Origin: Deinococcus sp.
Lineage (GTDB): Bacteria; Deinococcota; Deinococci; Deinococcales; Deinococcaceae
Reading direction: 5' to 3'
Length of the DNA: 64,000 nucleotides
NCBI GenBank assembly: GCA_965261005.1
Contig: OZ253375.1
Location: forward strand, 1,184,001-1,248,000
Part shown: piece by piece, positions 22,536-35,361 of the stretch
How the letters are laid out: each line of letters begins with the position of its first letter
How positions within the stretch are numbered: position 1 is the first letter of the stretch
The notes under the pieces: generated by a model
The model's database searches: none
What the model was told of the DNA's origin: nothing
The model's input: only the letters and a program-made list of their open reading frames with translations
Program-made: the position numbers and the translations under genes

Positions 22536-23678
22536 ATGACCAGCCCCTCCCAACCTTCCCAACCTTCCCAATCCGACTTCCTCTGGTTCGCCCAGCTCTC
22601 GCGCGACGGCGAGTTCATCGGCACAAAAGAAAAGCCGCCGCGCAAGCCGACCCTGGAGTACGTCTCCAGCTTGATCGAGACGGCGGCGGAGGCGGGCTTT
22701 TCGAGCCTGCTGACGGCCACCAACTACCACAGCGACCACGAAAACTACACGGCGGCCATCGCGGCGCTCGCCCGGACGCGCGGCGCGGGGCTGCTGATCG
22801 CGGTGCGGCCGGGCATGTTTCACCCGGCCATGTACGCCAAGATGATCGCGTCGGCGCAGAACCTCTTTCCGGGGCGGGTGCGGGTGAACATCGTGACCGG
22901 CTCCAGCCCGGCCGAGAACGCCATGTACGGCGACTTCGAGGACCACACCAAGAGGTACGAGCGCACCCGCGAGTTCATGCAGATTCTGCGCTTGCTGTGG
23001 GAGTCGCCGCCGCCGGTCAGCTACGAGTCGGGCATTTACAGCTTCAAGAACGCCGTGCTGGACCCGTCCCCGGTGCAGCCGATTCCCCTCTATTTCGGCG
23101 GCGCCTCGGAAAGCGCCCAGCGCATCGCCGCCGAGTTGGCCGACGTGTACCTGCTGTGGGGTGAGCGCCAGGACATGATTGAGGAGCGGCTGGGCAAGAT
23201 GCGCGAGTTGGAGCGGGAATACGGCCGCACGCTGGGCTACGGTCTGCGAACGCACGTGGTCGTGCGCGAGACCGAGGAGGAAGCTTGGCAGGCCACCGAA
23301 CGGCTGATCTCGCGGGTGGACCCGGATGTTCGCAAGGCCTTTGTGGAAAGCTACAAGAACGTGGACGGCGTGGGGCAGCTGCGCCAGATTCGGATGTTGC
23401 AGGAGGCCGGCGAGGGCAATTTGACGGTGGAGCCGCACTTGTGGGCCGGCGTGGGCATGGCGCGCAGCGGGGTGGGCGTCGCCATCGTGGGCGATCCCCA
23501 GCAGGTAGTGGACAAGATTCGCGGCTACGAGCGCATGGGCATCTCGACCTTCATCTTCAGCGGCTATCCGCACCTGGAGGAGGCGCGCCGCTTCGGCGAA
23601 TTGGTGATGCCGCTGCTCAGAGGTGGTCAAGCCGAGGCGCGGACCATTCACACCGATGCGGTGGCGCCCACCGCCTGA
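22536..23678 (+). CDS. LLM-class flavin-dependent monooxygenase (SsuD-like)
   Basis: LIAVRPG, GRVRVNIVTG, LYFGGAS, LWAGVG, SGYPHLEEA. Confidence 0.88.
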   Translation: MTSPSQPSQPSQSDFLWFAQLSRDGEFIGTKEKPPRKPTLEYVSSLIETAAEAGFSSLLTATNYHSDHENYTAAIAALARTRGAGLLIAVRPGMFHPAMYAKMIASAQNLFPGRVRVNIVTGSSPAENAMYGDFEDHTKRYERTREFMQILRLLWESPPPVSYESGIYSFKNAVLDPSPVQPIPLYFGGASESAQRIAAELADVYLLWGERQDMIEERLGKMRELEREYGRTLGYGLRTHVVVRETEEEAWQATERLISRVDPDVRKAFVESYKNVDGVGQLRQIRMLQEAGEGNLTVEPHLWAGVGMARSGVGVAIVGDPQQVVDKIRGYERMGISTFIFSGYPHLEEARRFGELVMPLLRGGQAEARTIHTDAVAPTA

Positions 23679-23736
23679 CCTTGTAAGAAAATCGTGAGCC
23701 GCCGTGTGGTCTTTTTAACGTAGGTCCCTGTAGAGG

Positions 23737-24045
23737 ATGACCAAATTCACATGGCGCGGGCGAACTTGGCCCGCGAAAGGCGGCGCCTTGACAGCTTCTC
23801 CCCTTTTGAAAAGTCCTTCACTTTCCACCCTTTCGGTTGCCGAGCGGGCAGCGGCTTGGCACATCGTCGGCCACCTGCTGGGTCGCCGGGAGAGCTTGGA
23901 GTGCATTGCACAGGCGGTTAACGTGCCCGTGGGAATGGCCGGTCAGCTGTGCGACGTCCTGTGTCAGGAGGGCCGGCTGACCGCTCACGCCACGCCCCAA
24001 GGGCGCCTGTACAGCGTGAGCGTGGTGAGGGGCGAGCGAATCTAG
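23737..24045 (+). CDS. small hypothetical protein, possible winged helix
   Basis: 102-aa ORF with IAQAVNV..LCQEGRL pattern. Confidence 0.4.
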   Translation: MTKFTWRGRTWPAKGGALTASPLLKSPSLSTLSVAERAAAWHIVGHLLGRRESLECIAQAVNVPVGMAGQLCDVLCQEGRLTAHATPQGRLYSVSVVRGERI

Positions 24046-24055
24046 GATAACGAAT

Positions 24056-25240
24056 CTAGGACAAGGCCCCCAGTTCGGCTCTCACCGCCTGGTACGCCTC
24101 CAGGGCCAGGTCGAGCTGGTCGCGGGTGTGCTCGGCGGTGACGATGTTGCGAATGCGCGCCAGGCCCCTCGGCACGGTGGGAAAGCCGAGGCCCACGGCG
24201 AAGACGCCGCGAGAAAGCAGCCTTCGGCTGGCCTCGAAGGCGGCGCCCGCCTCGCCGAAGATGACCGGCGTGATGGGCGTCTCGCTGCCGTGGGTGTCGA
24301 AGCCGAGCCTGTTCAGCTCGGCCTTGAAGTAGCGGGTGTTGTCCCACAGCCGCGCGATGATCTCTGGCTCACGCTGCACGAGGTCGAGGGCCGCGCTGAG
24401 GGCGCCGACCACGGCGGGTGGCTGGCCGGTCGAGAACAAAAAGGGGCGCGCCTTGTTGATCAGCAGTTCGCGCAAGTCGCCCGCGCCCGCCGCGTAGCCG
24501 CCGACCACGCCCCACGCCTTGGAGAGGGTGCCGATCTGAATCACGTCGTCCGCGTGCTCGAAGCCGAAGTGGTGGACTGTGCCGCGTCCGGCCTCACCCA
24601 GCACGCCCGAGCCGTGGGCGTCGTCCACGTAGGTCACGGCGCCGTGCGCCCGCGCCACCCGCACGATCTCCCCGAGGGGCGCAATGTCGCCGTCCATGCT
24701 GAACACGCCGTCGGTCACGATCAGCTTGAGGCCCCCCGTGGGGTTCTCGCGCAGCACCTCGTCCAGGTGGGCCACGTCCTTGTGGCGGTAGACCTTTTTG
24801 GTCGCCTTGGTCAGGCGCAAACCGTCGATGATGCTGGCGTGGTTGAGTTCGTCGGACACCACCAGGTCCCCCTCCGCGAGCAGGCTGCCCAGCACGCCCT
24901 GGTTGGTGGTGAAGCCGCTCTGCATCACCAGGGCGCTGCCGGTGCCCTTGAAGGCGGCGAGCTGGGCCTCGAACTCCTCGTGAACGCGCAGGGTGCCCGC
25001 GATGGTGCGCACCGCCCCGGCTCCGGCCCCCCAGGTCTCCAAATACTGCCGGGCGCGCTCCTTGAGGTAGGGATGGTCGGCGAAGCCCAGGTAGTTGTTG
25101 CTGGCGAGGTTGATCACCTCGCGGCCGTCCACGCGGGTCACGGCGCGCTGCGGCGCCTCCAGAACGCGCGGCGAGATGAGCAGCCCGGCTTCCCCCAGGC
25201 GTTCGAGTTCTGCGTTCAGGCGCTGCTGTAGGGTCGTCAT
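24056..25240 (-). CDS. kbl: glycine C-acetyltransferase / AON synthase family PLP enzyme
   Basis: ASNNYLG, SDELNHASIIDG, DGVFSMDGD, DDAHG, GTLSKA. Confidence 0.85.
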   Translation of the reverse strand: MTTLQQRLNAELERLGEAGLLISPRVLEAPQRAVTRVDGREVINLASNNYLGFADHPYLKERARQYLETWGAGAGAVRTIAGTLRVHEEFEAQLAAFKGTGSALVMQSGFTTNQGVLGSLLAEGDLVVSDELNHASIIDGLRLTKATKKVYRHKDVAHLDEVLRENPTGGLKLIVTDGVFSMDGDIAPLGEIVRVARAHGAVTYVDDAHGSGVLGEAGRGTVHHFGFEHADDVIQIGTLSKAWGVVGGYAAGAGDLRELLINKARPFLFSTGQPPAVVGALSAALDLVQREPEIIARLWDNTRYFKAELNRLGFDTHGSETPITPVIFGEAGAAFEASRRLLSRGVFAVGLGFPTVPRGLARIRNIVTAEHTRDQLDLALEAYQAVRAELGALS

Positions 25241-25333
25241 GCCGACAGTTTAAGGCGGCCACAAGCTTTTTCGGGCCAAAGCGCCAACTTTTTAATCTTT
25301 AAAACATGAGACCTCGGTTATACTGCATTTACT

Positions 25334-26200
25334 TTGACCCAGAACCCCGTTTACGACATGGTCAGCGAGACGCTCGGGCGGGTGGTCTCCGGGCGGGCCG
25401 CCGAACAATTGCTGCGCGACGCCCTGCGCGACGCCGCGCTGACCCCCGAGCACGTCAGCGCCAGCGAAATGCAGCGCGTGTTGGTCAGCACGCTGGAACA
25501 CCGCCTGACCAGCGTGATTCCGACCCTGCGCGCCCACGACGAACTGCGCCGCCTGGCCACCCGGCTTCAGCAGTCCTATCCCAAGGCGACCACGCTGTTT
25601 CCGGGCGCCGAGGTGGCCCCGGGAAATCTGGCGACCTTGTCGGTGTGGTCGCAGGACGACGAACCCCAAGACACAGCATTTCAGGGCGCCGTCTGGACGG
25701 CGGGACGTCAGGCAGACGGCGCGCCGGAGACGGCCCGCGACCGCTCGCCCGGTTCCGACGCTGGGGAGCGGGCGCTTGGCGCCGAGGACTTCGATGCCGG
25801 CGACTTTGACCTCGACGACTTTGAATTCGACGATCCCAGCGAGCCGGCGCTGCTGAGCGCGCCGCTTCGCTTGTGCGACCTGCGCGACGCGAGCGGCCAA
25901 GACGGGTTGCTCAGCGACCTCGCCCGGCTCGGCGGGGTGCACGGCGTGGTGCTGTGCAACGCGGCGGGCAAGGTGGTGCGCGCCCGCAGCCAAAAGGGCG
26001 CCGACGCCCTCGGCGCCGTGATGGCCGCCACCGCCGCGCTGTTTCGCAACCGGCCTTGGCACATTCTGTGCGTGGACCTGCACACGCAGACGGTGTGCGT
26101 GCGCCCGCTGGGCCAGCACTTCGTCGCGCTGCTCGCCGGCGGCAACGTCAACCTCGGACAGCTGATCGCCGAGCTGTCCTCGCTCAAGGAGTCCGCATGA
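25334..26200 (+). CDS. roadblock/LC7 domain-containing protein
   Basis: C-terminal LARLGGVHGVVLC..G..NVNLGQL roadblock pattern; acidic linker. Confidence 0.65.
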   Translation: MTQNPVYDMVSETLGRVVSGRAAEQLLRDALRDAALTPEHVSASEMQRVLVSTLEHRLTSVIPTLRAHDELRRLATRLQQSYPKATTLFPGAEVAPGNLATLSVWSQDDEPQDTAFQGAVWTAGRQADGAPETARDRSPGSDAGERALGAEDFDAGDFDLDDFEFDDPSEPALLSAPLRLCDLRDASGQDGLLSDLARLGGVHGVVLCNAAGKVVRARSQKGADALGAVMAATAALFRNRPWHILCVDLHTQTVCVRPLGQHFVALLAGGNVNLGQLIAELSSLKESA

Positions 26201-27837
26201 CCACGTCCACGTCATCCTTCCGCCACGCGGCCCGTTGCGCTTCCCTGGCGCTCACACTGCTGGGCGCCGGCGCGGGCGCGCAGAGCCTTTCCGCGCCCGA
26301 GTACCGCGCCATCTCCGCCGCCGTGAACGCGGCGGTGCGTGAGCGCGCGAGTTCGCCCACCCGCAGCTTCGCCGACCTCGACAAGGCCCGCAGCTTGCTC
26401 GACGCGGCCAATTTGGGCAGCTCACCGCTGCTAGAAGGCGTCCGCACGGCGCTCTCGAACGCGCGCATCGCGGTGGGCCGCTCGCAAACCGACCTTGAGG
26501 CGCAGGCCGCGCAGGTGAACGGCTTTCTGCGCAAGGCGCTGTACGACGCCAGCTTGGAGGCTACCCAGGGCCGCGCGGGCGAGGCCGTGCAGAGCGTGAG
26601 CCTGCTGGCGGAAGAACTCGGCGTTGCCCCGGCCGAGCGCCCGGCTTTGCTGGCGGCGGCCCGGGCGGGGCAGGTGGACGCGGTGCGCGCCCAGTTGGAG
26701 CGGGCCGCCATCACCAAGATGCAAAGCAACTTGGCAGTCGTCAAGGCTACCAATCCGGCCGACGTCAATCCGGCCAACGCCAATTCGGCGGCGCGCGCCA
26801 GCTCTTACCTGGCCTTGGCGCGCGCCGGCAGCTTCTTCAACGTCGTGCAGGACTCGCCGCGCGCGGGCGACTTGTCGGGCCGCCAATTCGTGCAGGCCCT
26901 GGACAGCTTGACCCGCGGCGACGGGACCGCGTATGCCAGTCAGCTGCGCGCCCTGCGCGCGGGCGCGGCGCGCTTCGCCGCCTCGGCCGCCCAGGCCGCG
27001 CGGGACGCCCCCAGCGAAGTGCCCCAGCCCGAGCGGCCCAGCGCCAACCCGTCCGGCCCAACACCGTCCAGCCCGGCGCCGTCCACCACATCAACCCAGC
27101 CGCCCCGAACGGCCGCTTCTGGCGCCCCGGTGGATCTCGACGCGCTGTACGTTCCACTGACCGGGGCGCTCACGGCCAGCGGCCACGGTGACAACGCGGC
27201 GGCGCGCGACGCCTTGGGGCGCGCCGCGCAGCTGTTCGCCGCCTTGCCGCCGGCCGTGCGCAACGCTCGCGGCGCCGAGGCCCTGCGCGCCGACGTGGAC
27301 CGCGTGCAGCGCCTGGGCGCGCTGCGCACGGCCGACGTGCGCGCCTTGCTGGGTAGCCTCGGCAACTTGCGGCGTGAGCAAACCGGCGAGGCGCCCAGCG
27401 CGCTGGACGCGCTGGGCGCGAACGTGTTGCGCGCGTTCGGCGGGGCGCCGCGCACGGCGCTGTTTGTGCTGCTCGGTTTGCTCGCGCTGTACCCGCTCTA
27501 CTTGCTCAACCTCGCCTTTGGCGGGCGCAACCCGTATTGGCGCGCCATCGGCGGGGCGCTCGCGCTCCTGTTGCTGCCGGTGATGCTGGAGGGGCTGGCG
27601 GGGCTGGGCGCGCTGCTGGAAAGCCTCAGCGGCGCCGGCGCCCTCAGCGTCCTGACCAACTTGAGCTTGCTGCAAAATCCGCTGGGCGGTCCCATTTGGG
27701 CGCTGCTGACGGCCCTCGCCATCGGGCTGGCGACTTGGGGCTTCCGGGGTATCTGCGTGCAGTTCGGCTTGCTGGGGCGCCGCACCGCCGACGTGAACGC
27801 GGGGCAGCCCGCCGTCGAGTGGGACGAGGAACTGTAA
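26197..27837 (+). CDS. hypothetical exported/membrane protein
   Basis: ATGA coupling; signal peptide; helical body; C-terminal TM helices. Confidence 0.7.
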   Translation: MTTSTSSFRHAARCASLALTLLGAGAGAQSLSAPEYRAISAAVNAAVRERASSPTRSFADLDKARSLLDAANLGSSPLLEGVRTALSNARIAVGRSQTDLEAQAAQVNGFLRKALYDASLEATQGRAGEAVQSVSLLAEELGVAPAERPALLAAARAGQVDAVRAQLERAAITKMQSNLAVVKATNPADVNPANANSAARASSYLALARAGSFFNVVQDSPRAGDLSGRQFVQALDSLTRGDGTAYASQLRALRAGAARFAASAAQAARDAPSEVPQPERPSANPSGPTPSSPAPSTTSTQPPRTAASGAPVDLDALYVPLTGALTASGHGDNAAARDALGRAAQLFAALPPAVRNARGAEALRADVDRVQRLGALRTADVRALLGSLGNLRREQTGEAPSALDALGANVLRAFGGAPRTALFVLLGLLALYPLYLLNLAFGGRNPYWRAIGGALALLLLPVMLEGLAGLGALLESLSGAGALSVLTNLSLLQNPLGGPIWALLTALAIGLATWGFRGICVQFGLLGRRTADVNAGQPAVEWDEEL

Positions 27838-27898
27838 GCGCCCCGCCCGAAGCTGTCCGCTCCCCCCGCTCATCCCACTGAAAGGTCTTAGGTACGCC

Positions 27899-29881
27899 TT
27901 GCTCTACCGCACTCCCCTGCGCATGCTGGGCGATCTGGTGTCGCCCAAAGCGCTCGAACGCATTCTGGACAGCGGCGCGCGCGACCGGGGCAAGGCCCTG
28001 CGGGACTTGTCGCGCGAAGACCTGAGCGACATGCTCAAGCGCGACGTCTTCAAGCGGCTTCAATTGAGCGTACCTGCGCCGCTGGCCAAGAAGCGCATTC
28101 AGGACGTGCTGGAGGCGCTCGAACAGGACAGCCTCAAAAACACCTCGATTCGCAACGAGGACACCCTGTTGGTGTCGCTTGAGGCGTCGGCGAGGCGCTT
28201 CAGCTTGTACTTCGATTGGCCCGAGGTGCAAAAGCTGCGCGCGCTGCTCGGCGTCACGCGCGCCGAGATGGAGTCGGGCAAAAGCGTGCCGGGCCTGCTC
28301 GACGAGGGCATGGGCCTGGTCGCCGCGCTGGAGCGGCGGCTGAACGAGGGGCTGGTCAGCCAAGCGGGCGACATCGCCGACTTGAGGGCGGAGCTGTCGC
28401 GCTTTGCCGGCATCGGCGGCCCCAAGCTGCGGCGCCTGGAGGGCCTGATCGCGCAAATTGAGGAGGCCCAAAAGCAGGACACCCTCTCGCTCGCGGAAAT
28501 CGAGCGCGCCCGGCACATCGCCCTGGAGCTGCGCAAGTTGGTCGAGTCGTCGGTGGTGGCGCCGGCGGGCGCGCTGGGCCTACAGGACTTGCCCGACCCC
28601 AGCTTGCTCACGCCCGAAGCGCAGCAGCGGCTCTCCGAACTCGACCGCGAAAGCGAGGCGCGCGACCTCAGCGAGTTGGTGAAGACCTTCGATCCCTTGC
28701 TGCGGGTGCGCCAAGACTTGGCAGACGAGTTGGAGGCCGCGCGCGCGCGCGGTGAGGCGGGTACGGTGCTGGGCGCCGCCTTGACGGGCCTGAAAGAGCG
28801 GCTGGGCGGCGAGCTGAACGCCGTCCTCACCGCGCAGCGCGCCGAACTGGGCGGCCTCTCGGAGCGCTTCGGCGCGCTTGAGGCCGCCGGCCGGGGGCGC
28901 GACGACGCGCGCCTGGCCCTCGAAGTGGCGCGCGCCACCTTGCAGGGCGGCGCCCTCGCGACCGACGAGTTGGCCGGCCTGGAGCGCACGCTGCGGACGC
29001 TTGAGCTGGCGGCGACCGGCGAAAGCGTGGGAACGCTGCTCGCGGCGCAGCGCGACCTCGGCGAACTCGAACGCGCCGCGCGCGGCGTGCGCGGCGCCGA
29101 GGAGGAGTTGGCGCCGCGCGTCGCGGCGGCGCGCGCCGCCTTGGAGCGCGGCGAGGCGCCGGCGCTGGACGAGTTGTGGGCCGTTCTAGAGCGGCGCATG
29201 GGTCAGGTGGCTCAAGAGCGCGAGCACTTCGACGCCCGCGCCGACGCCGTCACCCAGGAGTATGACCGCTACCGGCACCTCGCCGGCGACACCATCCAGA
29301 CGCTGGGCCGCTTGGCCGACAACGTGCGCCGGACCCGGCGCCTGGGCCAATTGTCCATCAAGGCGCGCGCCCGCTACGCCCAGCAGCTCGACCAGGCCGA
29401 GGCCTTACTCGGCGAGGCCCGCGCCGAGTTCGAGGCGGCCCGCGAACTCACCAGCACCTTTGGCAGCGACGCGCTGGAGGGCTTGCTGGGCGTGTTCGAC
29501 GCCGGCGAGGGCGGCCTGTTCGCGCCGGCGCACTTTGAAATGCGGCCGGCGCCGGCGGTCGCCCTCGCCGAGCAAGCCGCCGAACCGCTCGCCCTCGCCC
29601 TGGGCGCCCTCGCCATGCACGGTGGGGCGCGGCTGGCCCTGCTGCGCGGGGGGGTGCTCAGCTGGGGAAACCTGGACCCCGCCAGCGTGGACGCCGCCAA
29701 ACACCTGGTGTTGTCGGGGGCCACGCTGGGAGAGGCCCAATTGATCTCGGTGGAGTTGCTCGAAGGCGGCTTGCTGGCGCTCCCGCTGCGCGACGCGGTG
29801 CTGATCGCGCTGGTCGAGGACGGCGACGCCTTTGCCGCTTGGCGCGAGCAGCTGCTCGGCGCGCGCGCGGCCCTGCTATAA
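27899..29881 (+). CDS. hypothetical coiled-coil protein (start uncertain)
   Basis: 660-aa ORF with host codon use; long heptad-rich region. Confidence 0.7.
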   Translation: MLYRTPLRMLGDLVSPKALERILDSGARDRGKALRDLSREDLSDMLKRDVFKRLQLSVPAPLAKKRIQDVLEALEQDSLKNTSIRNEDTLLVSLEASARRFSLYFDWPEVQKLRALLGVTRAEMESGKSVPGLLDEGMGLVAALERRLNEGLVSQAGDIADLRAELSRFAGIGGPKLRRLEGLIAQIEEAQKQDTLSLAEIERARHIALELRKLVESSVVAPAGALGLQDLPDPSLLTPEAQQRLSELDRESEARDLSELVKTFDPLLRVRQDLADELEAARARGEAGTVLGAALTGLKERLGGELNAVLTAQRAELGGLSERFGALEAAGRGRDDARLALEVARATLQGGALATDELAGLERTLRTLELAATGESVGTLLAAQRDLGELERAARGVRGAEEELAPRVAAARAALERGEAPALDELWAVLERRMGQVAQEREHFDARADAVTQEYDRYRHLAGDTIQTLGRLADNVRRTRRLGQLSIKARARYAQQLDQAEALLGEARAEFEAARELTSTFGSDALEGLLGVFDAGEGGLFAPAHFEMRPAPAVALAEQAAEPLALALGALAMHGGARLALLRGGVLSWGNLDPASVDAAKHLVLSGATLGEAQLISVELLEGGLLALPLRDAVLIALVEDGDAFAAWREQLLGARAALL

Positions 29882-29894
29882 CGAAAGCGTGAGC

Positions 29895-30326
29895 ATGCAG
29901 CTTGGCGAGACCCGCCGCGCCGACTCGCCAGAAGCGCAACGCCAACTGGGTGCCGAGCTGGCGCTCAGCTTGCCGCCGGGGGGCGTGCTGTTTTTGGAGG
30001 GCGAGTTGGGCAGCGGCAAAACGACCCTCACGCAAGGATTGGCGGCGGCCCTGGGCGTCGAGGGTCAGGTCAGCAGCCCCACCTACGCCCTGATGCAGCT
30101 GTACCCCGCGGCGGGAGGCCAACTGTTACACGTGGACGCCTACCGGGTGCGACGCGCGGACGAGCTGTACAGCATGGACTTCGAGCAACTCGTGCGGGAC
30201 AGCCGCCTGAGCGTGGTGGAATGGGGCCAGCTGTTCTACGCCGACTTTCCGGAGGCCTGGCTGCTGCGGCTCACCTACGCAGGCGCCCCTGCCGGGGACG
30301 GGCGCCTGATCACGCGGGTGCGCTGA
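29895..30326 (+). CDS. tsaE: tRNA t6A biosynthesis ATPase
   Basis: GELGSGKTT, VSSPTY, HVDAYR, VVEW (alternative GTG start at 29889). Confidence 0.93.
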   Translation: MQLGETRRADSPEAQRQLGAELALSLPPGGVLFLEGELGSGKTTLTQGLAAALGVEGQVSSPTYALMQLYPAAGGQLLHVDAYRVRRADELYSMDFEQLVRDSRLSVVEWGQLFYADFPEAWLLRLTYAGAPAGDGRLITRVR

Positions 30327-30381
30327 GGCAACCCCAGCGCACGACCACTTCAGCGCAGGCCTATCTCAGCGCAAGTCCACT

Positions 30382-31701
30382 TCAGCGAACGACCGCCGCC
30401 GGTCGCTTGGCCTGCGCGCCCAAGCGCAGGCGCAGCCCGTCGGCGTACTCGCTCAGAGCGCGCAAGGTGTCGGGCACGCTCGCGCGCAGGTAAAACTGGC
30501 CGTCGCCCAGCGCGCTAAGCACCGAAAACGGCGCGGCGGACAGGGTTTGCAGCACGGCGCTCAGCTCGGCGTCGTTCACGCCGCTGCCCAGCCGCTCGGC
30601 CAAGCGCGCCCGGCTGACCACGCTGTAGGCCGGCTGTTGGGCCAGCGTGAGCAGCACAAAGGAAAAGACGCCGCGCTGTGACAATTGGGCGCTCACCAAT
30701 TCGGCGACGCTGGCGACGCTTTCCAAGTCGAAGCTGCCGGTGTTCCAGTAACCGCGCAGCTCGATAGGACTCAGCTTGGCCAGGCGGGCGTGTTCGAGGA
30801 GGGCGGACAGCGCCTCGCGGGTGAGGCGCGCCCCCGAAGCGGGCCGCTCGCCCTCGCGCACCAGCACCGCGCGATAGTCGTCCTGCGCGCGCCACTCGGG
30901 TGAGGTAGCTGCGCCGCCGCTCAGCGCGATCAGCACGCTGTAGCCTTGCGCGCCCAAGTCGGCGCGCAGGCGCAGCAGGCCCGGCGCGGGCCGCTCACAG
31001 CGGTAGCCCGTGCGCGCGCACAGCTCTTCGAGGGCCGCCTCGCCGTCCAAGCTGTCGGGATCGGGCAACGGCTCGGTTTGAAGATGAGGCGGTTGCAGGA
31101 TCGGTTGCAGGTGGGATGGGGCGGCGCGCTCCATCTCCTCCGGCCAAATTTGCGTGGGCGCCATGTGTATGGGCGCCATGCGAACGGGCGCGGGCCGGTC
31201 GGGGGGCTGGGATAAAGGGGGCTGGGACAAAGGGAGTTGGGCCGGGACGTCGGGCGCGCTGTCGGCCGACGCGGGGACGTTCGCCGGCGTCTGTTCGGCC
31301 ACGTCCACCTCCGTGGGGGCGCGGCGCTCCAAGCGGACCTCGCGCACGTAGGCGCTCTCGCTGACCACCACGCGCTGCGGCGCGGCGCCCGCGCGTCTCG
31401 TGGCGGCGGCACTCCGCTCACCCAGGGGCTTGACCACGCACTCGACTTGATAGCGGCGCTCGGCCAGCGGCGTGATCAGCAGCACGTCGTTCACGCCGAG
31501 GTTGAAGCGGGCGTACAGCTCGCCGAGGCCGAGCACACGGCCCGCCGCGCGGTCCACCGTGGCCTCGTACTCGGCGCCCTTGTCGTCGAGCAGGGTGACG
31601 GCGCCGCCTTCAGGAAACACGGACTCCAAATATTTCAACAGACGCACGCTGCCCTCGGACAGGCAGGGGCGGGTCAGGATGTAACGCACAGAACCCTTCA
31701 C
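30382..31701 (-). CDS. hypothetical multidomain protein
   Basis: AGGAG RBS before GTG 31701; globular N- and C-domains joined by a Pro-rich linker. Confidence 0.65.
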   Translation of the reverse strand: MKGSVRYILTRPCLSEGSVRLLKYLESVFPEGGAVTLLDDKGAEYEATVDRAAGRVLGLGELYARFNLGVNDVLLITPLAERRYQVECVVKPLGERSAAATRRAGAAPQRVVVSESAYVREVRLERRAPTEVDVAEQTPANVPASADSAPDVPAQLPLSQPPLSQPPDRPAPVRMAPIHMAPTQIWPEEMERAAPSHLQPILQPPHLQTEPLPDPDSLDGEAALEELCARTGYRCERPAPGLLRLRADLGAQGYSVLIALSGGAATSPEWRAQDDYRAVLVREGERPASGARLTREALSALLEHARLAKLSPIELRGYWNTGSFDLESVASVAELVSAQLSQRGVFSFVLLTLAQQPAYSVVSRARLAERLGSGVNDAELSAVLQTLSAAPFSVLSALGDGQFYLRASVPDTLRALSEYADGLRLRLGAQAKRPAAVVR

Positions 31702-31980
31702 GCGACTCCTCTCTTGACAAGCTCGTCTTGACAAGCACGGCCGCTCAACACGCCCCGCCACGGCCAAAGAGCGGCGAACACGCTTGAGTTCGTCACACGA
31801 TAGCAGACTTTTTGTACGCAAACGCCCAATCAAACAAACCCTGGACGTTCTGTTAAATGCGAAGTTTTATACACTTTTTAGTTCTTGTTGGGGCGCCGGG
31901 CCGTGTCCGATCGCGGCGGGCGCGGTTTTCGGGAGCTGGCTCTATAGTGAGAATACCGCAGACGCGGTCAGGAGGAACGC

Positions 31981-32729
<749 letters not shown>

Positions 32730-32733
<4 letters not shown>

Positions 32734-33689
32734 GCGGCGGGGCAGGTGGACGCTGGAAAGGCTATCCGCGCTACGTGTGGCGGCGCACCCTGCACAACTG
32801 GCCGCAAAAAATTCTGGCGCTGCTCACCGCCTTGGTGCTGTGGTTCTTGGCGACCGCCGACCGCCGCGCCACGGTGGACCGCTCGTTCACGGCCGAGTTG
32901 CGGGTATTGGGCGACAGCGCGCCGGGGGCGCGCGCGGGCAAGCGGTCGGTCAGCGACGTGCCGCAAAACGTGCGGGTGACCCTCAGCGGGCCGAGCAACG
33001 ATCTGAACGGCCTGAGCGGTGACGACATCGAGGCCACCATCAGCGTCGCCGACTTGCCCGAGGGCAGCTTTCAGGTGCCTATCCGGGTGCGCGCGCCGGT
33101 GGGCCTGCGGGTGGTGCGCTACTCCCCCACGGTGGCGAGCGGCTTCGTAGACGCCGAGACGACCCGCACGCTGAACGTGCAACTGGCCGTGACCAACTTG
33201 CCCGCGCGGGCGCTGCCGCGCTACGCGCTCACGCCGAAGACCGTGCAGGTGACCGGCCCCGAGCGGCTGGTCAACGCGGTGGCCAGCGTGACCACGGTGC
33301 CGGTCAGCTTGCCGCGCGGGGCCAGCGCCGAGGCGCGGCTGCTGGCGCTGGGCAGTGGCGGCCAGCCGATTGCGGATGTGCGCCTGAACCCGGCCACCGT
33401 CAGCGTGGAGCGCACCGACCAAAGCGACTTGCCCCTCAAGGTGCTGGGCGTCCGCTTGGACCCGGCGCCCGCCGGCTTCGAGGTGGTCTCGGCCGAAATC
33501 AGCCCGCCGAGCGTGCGCGTGATCGCCGATTCGGTCACCTTGGCGGGCCTGAACGCGGTGATCGCCCGCGTGCCGTACCGCGAGGGAAACTACAGCGCCC
33601 AAGCGAACTTGCAGCTGCCCAGCGGGGCGCGCAGCCTGGACCCCGTGACGGTCACGCTGGACGTCCGTAGGGCGCGGGCCAACCCGTGA
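32730..33689 (+). CDS. cdaR: CdaR/YbbR-like regulator
   Basis: ATGA-coupled to cdaA; TM KILALLTALVLWF; YbbR-like repeats (VRVTLSGP, VQVTGP). Confidence 0.8.
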
Positions 33690-33779
33690 CAACAACCCGT
33701 GCCAAGAAGGGCCGGAAAGGGTAAAGGCGCACTTCCTCCCGGTTCCCCCAGCCACCTTCCTGATACAACTAAAGCCATT

Positions 33780-34399
33780 GTGCCGACCACCATCTACCCG
33801 ATCCGGCTGTACGGCGACCCGGTGCTGCGCTCGCGCTCACGGCCCATCGCCGACCTTGACGCGCCCGTGAGCGTGCCCGGCTTCGCGCCCAAGCTGCCGC
33901 GCGACCTCGCGCGCGACCTGCTCGAAACCATGTACGAGGCGCGCGGCGTGGGTCTCGCGGCGCCGCAGGTGGGCTTGCCGCTGCAAATGTTCGTGGCCGC
34001 CGAGTACGAGGACGACGAGGACGAGGGGCAGGAGCGCCCGCTGCGCTCCAGGGTGTTGCGCGAGATCGTCGCCATCAACCCCGTGCTGGAGGTGACCGAC
34101 AAGCGCCGGGACACCAGCTACGAGGAGGGCTGCCTCTCGATTCCGGGCATCTACGAACCGGGGGTGCCGCGCGCCCGCGCGGTGAGGCTGCGCTACACCG
34201 ACCTGGACGGAACCGAGCGCGTCGAGGAGGTCGGCGATTACCTGGCGCGGGTGTTTCAGCACGAACACGACCACCTGAGCGGCAGGCTGTTTCTGGATTA
34301 CCTGCCGGAAACCGTCACCAACGCGCACCGCAAGGCCCTCGGGGAGATGCAGCGCGAGGCCAAGACCTACCTGAAGACCTTGCCGGCGCCGGGCCGGGG

Positions 34400-34403
<4 letters not shown>
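33780..34403 (+). CDS. def: peptide deformylase
   Basis: GVGLAAPQVG, EGCLS, QHEHDH. Confidence 0.95.
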
Positions 34404-35335
<932 letters not shown>

Positions 35336-35361
35336 CGGGCGCTTCTGTTACACTTGCGCGC

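Noticed and set aside
31848..31864. Radiation/desiccation response motif (TTCTGTTAAATGCGAAG)
   Set aside because: At least two mismatches to the consensus I recall; needs a PWM scan.
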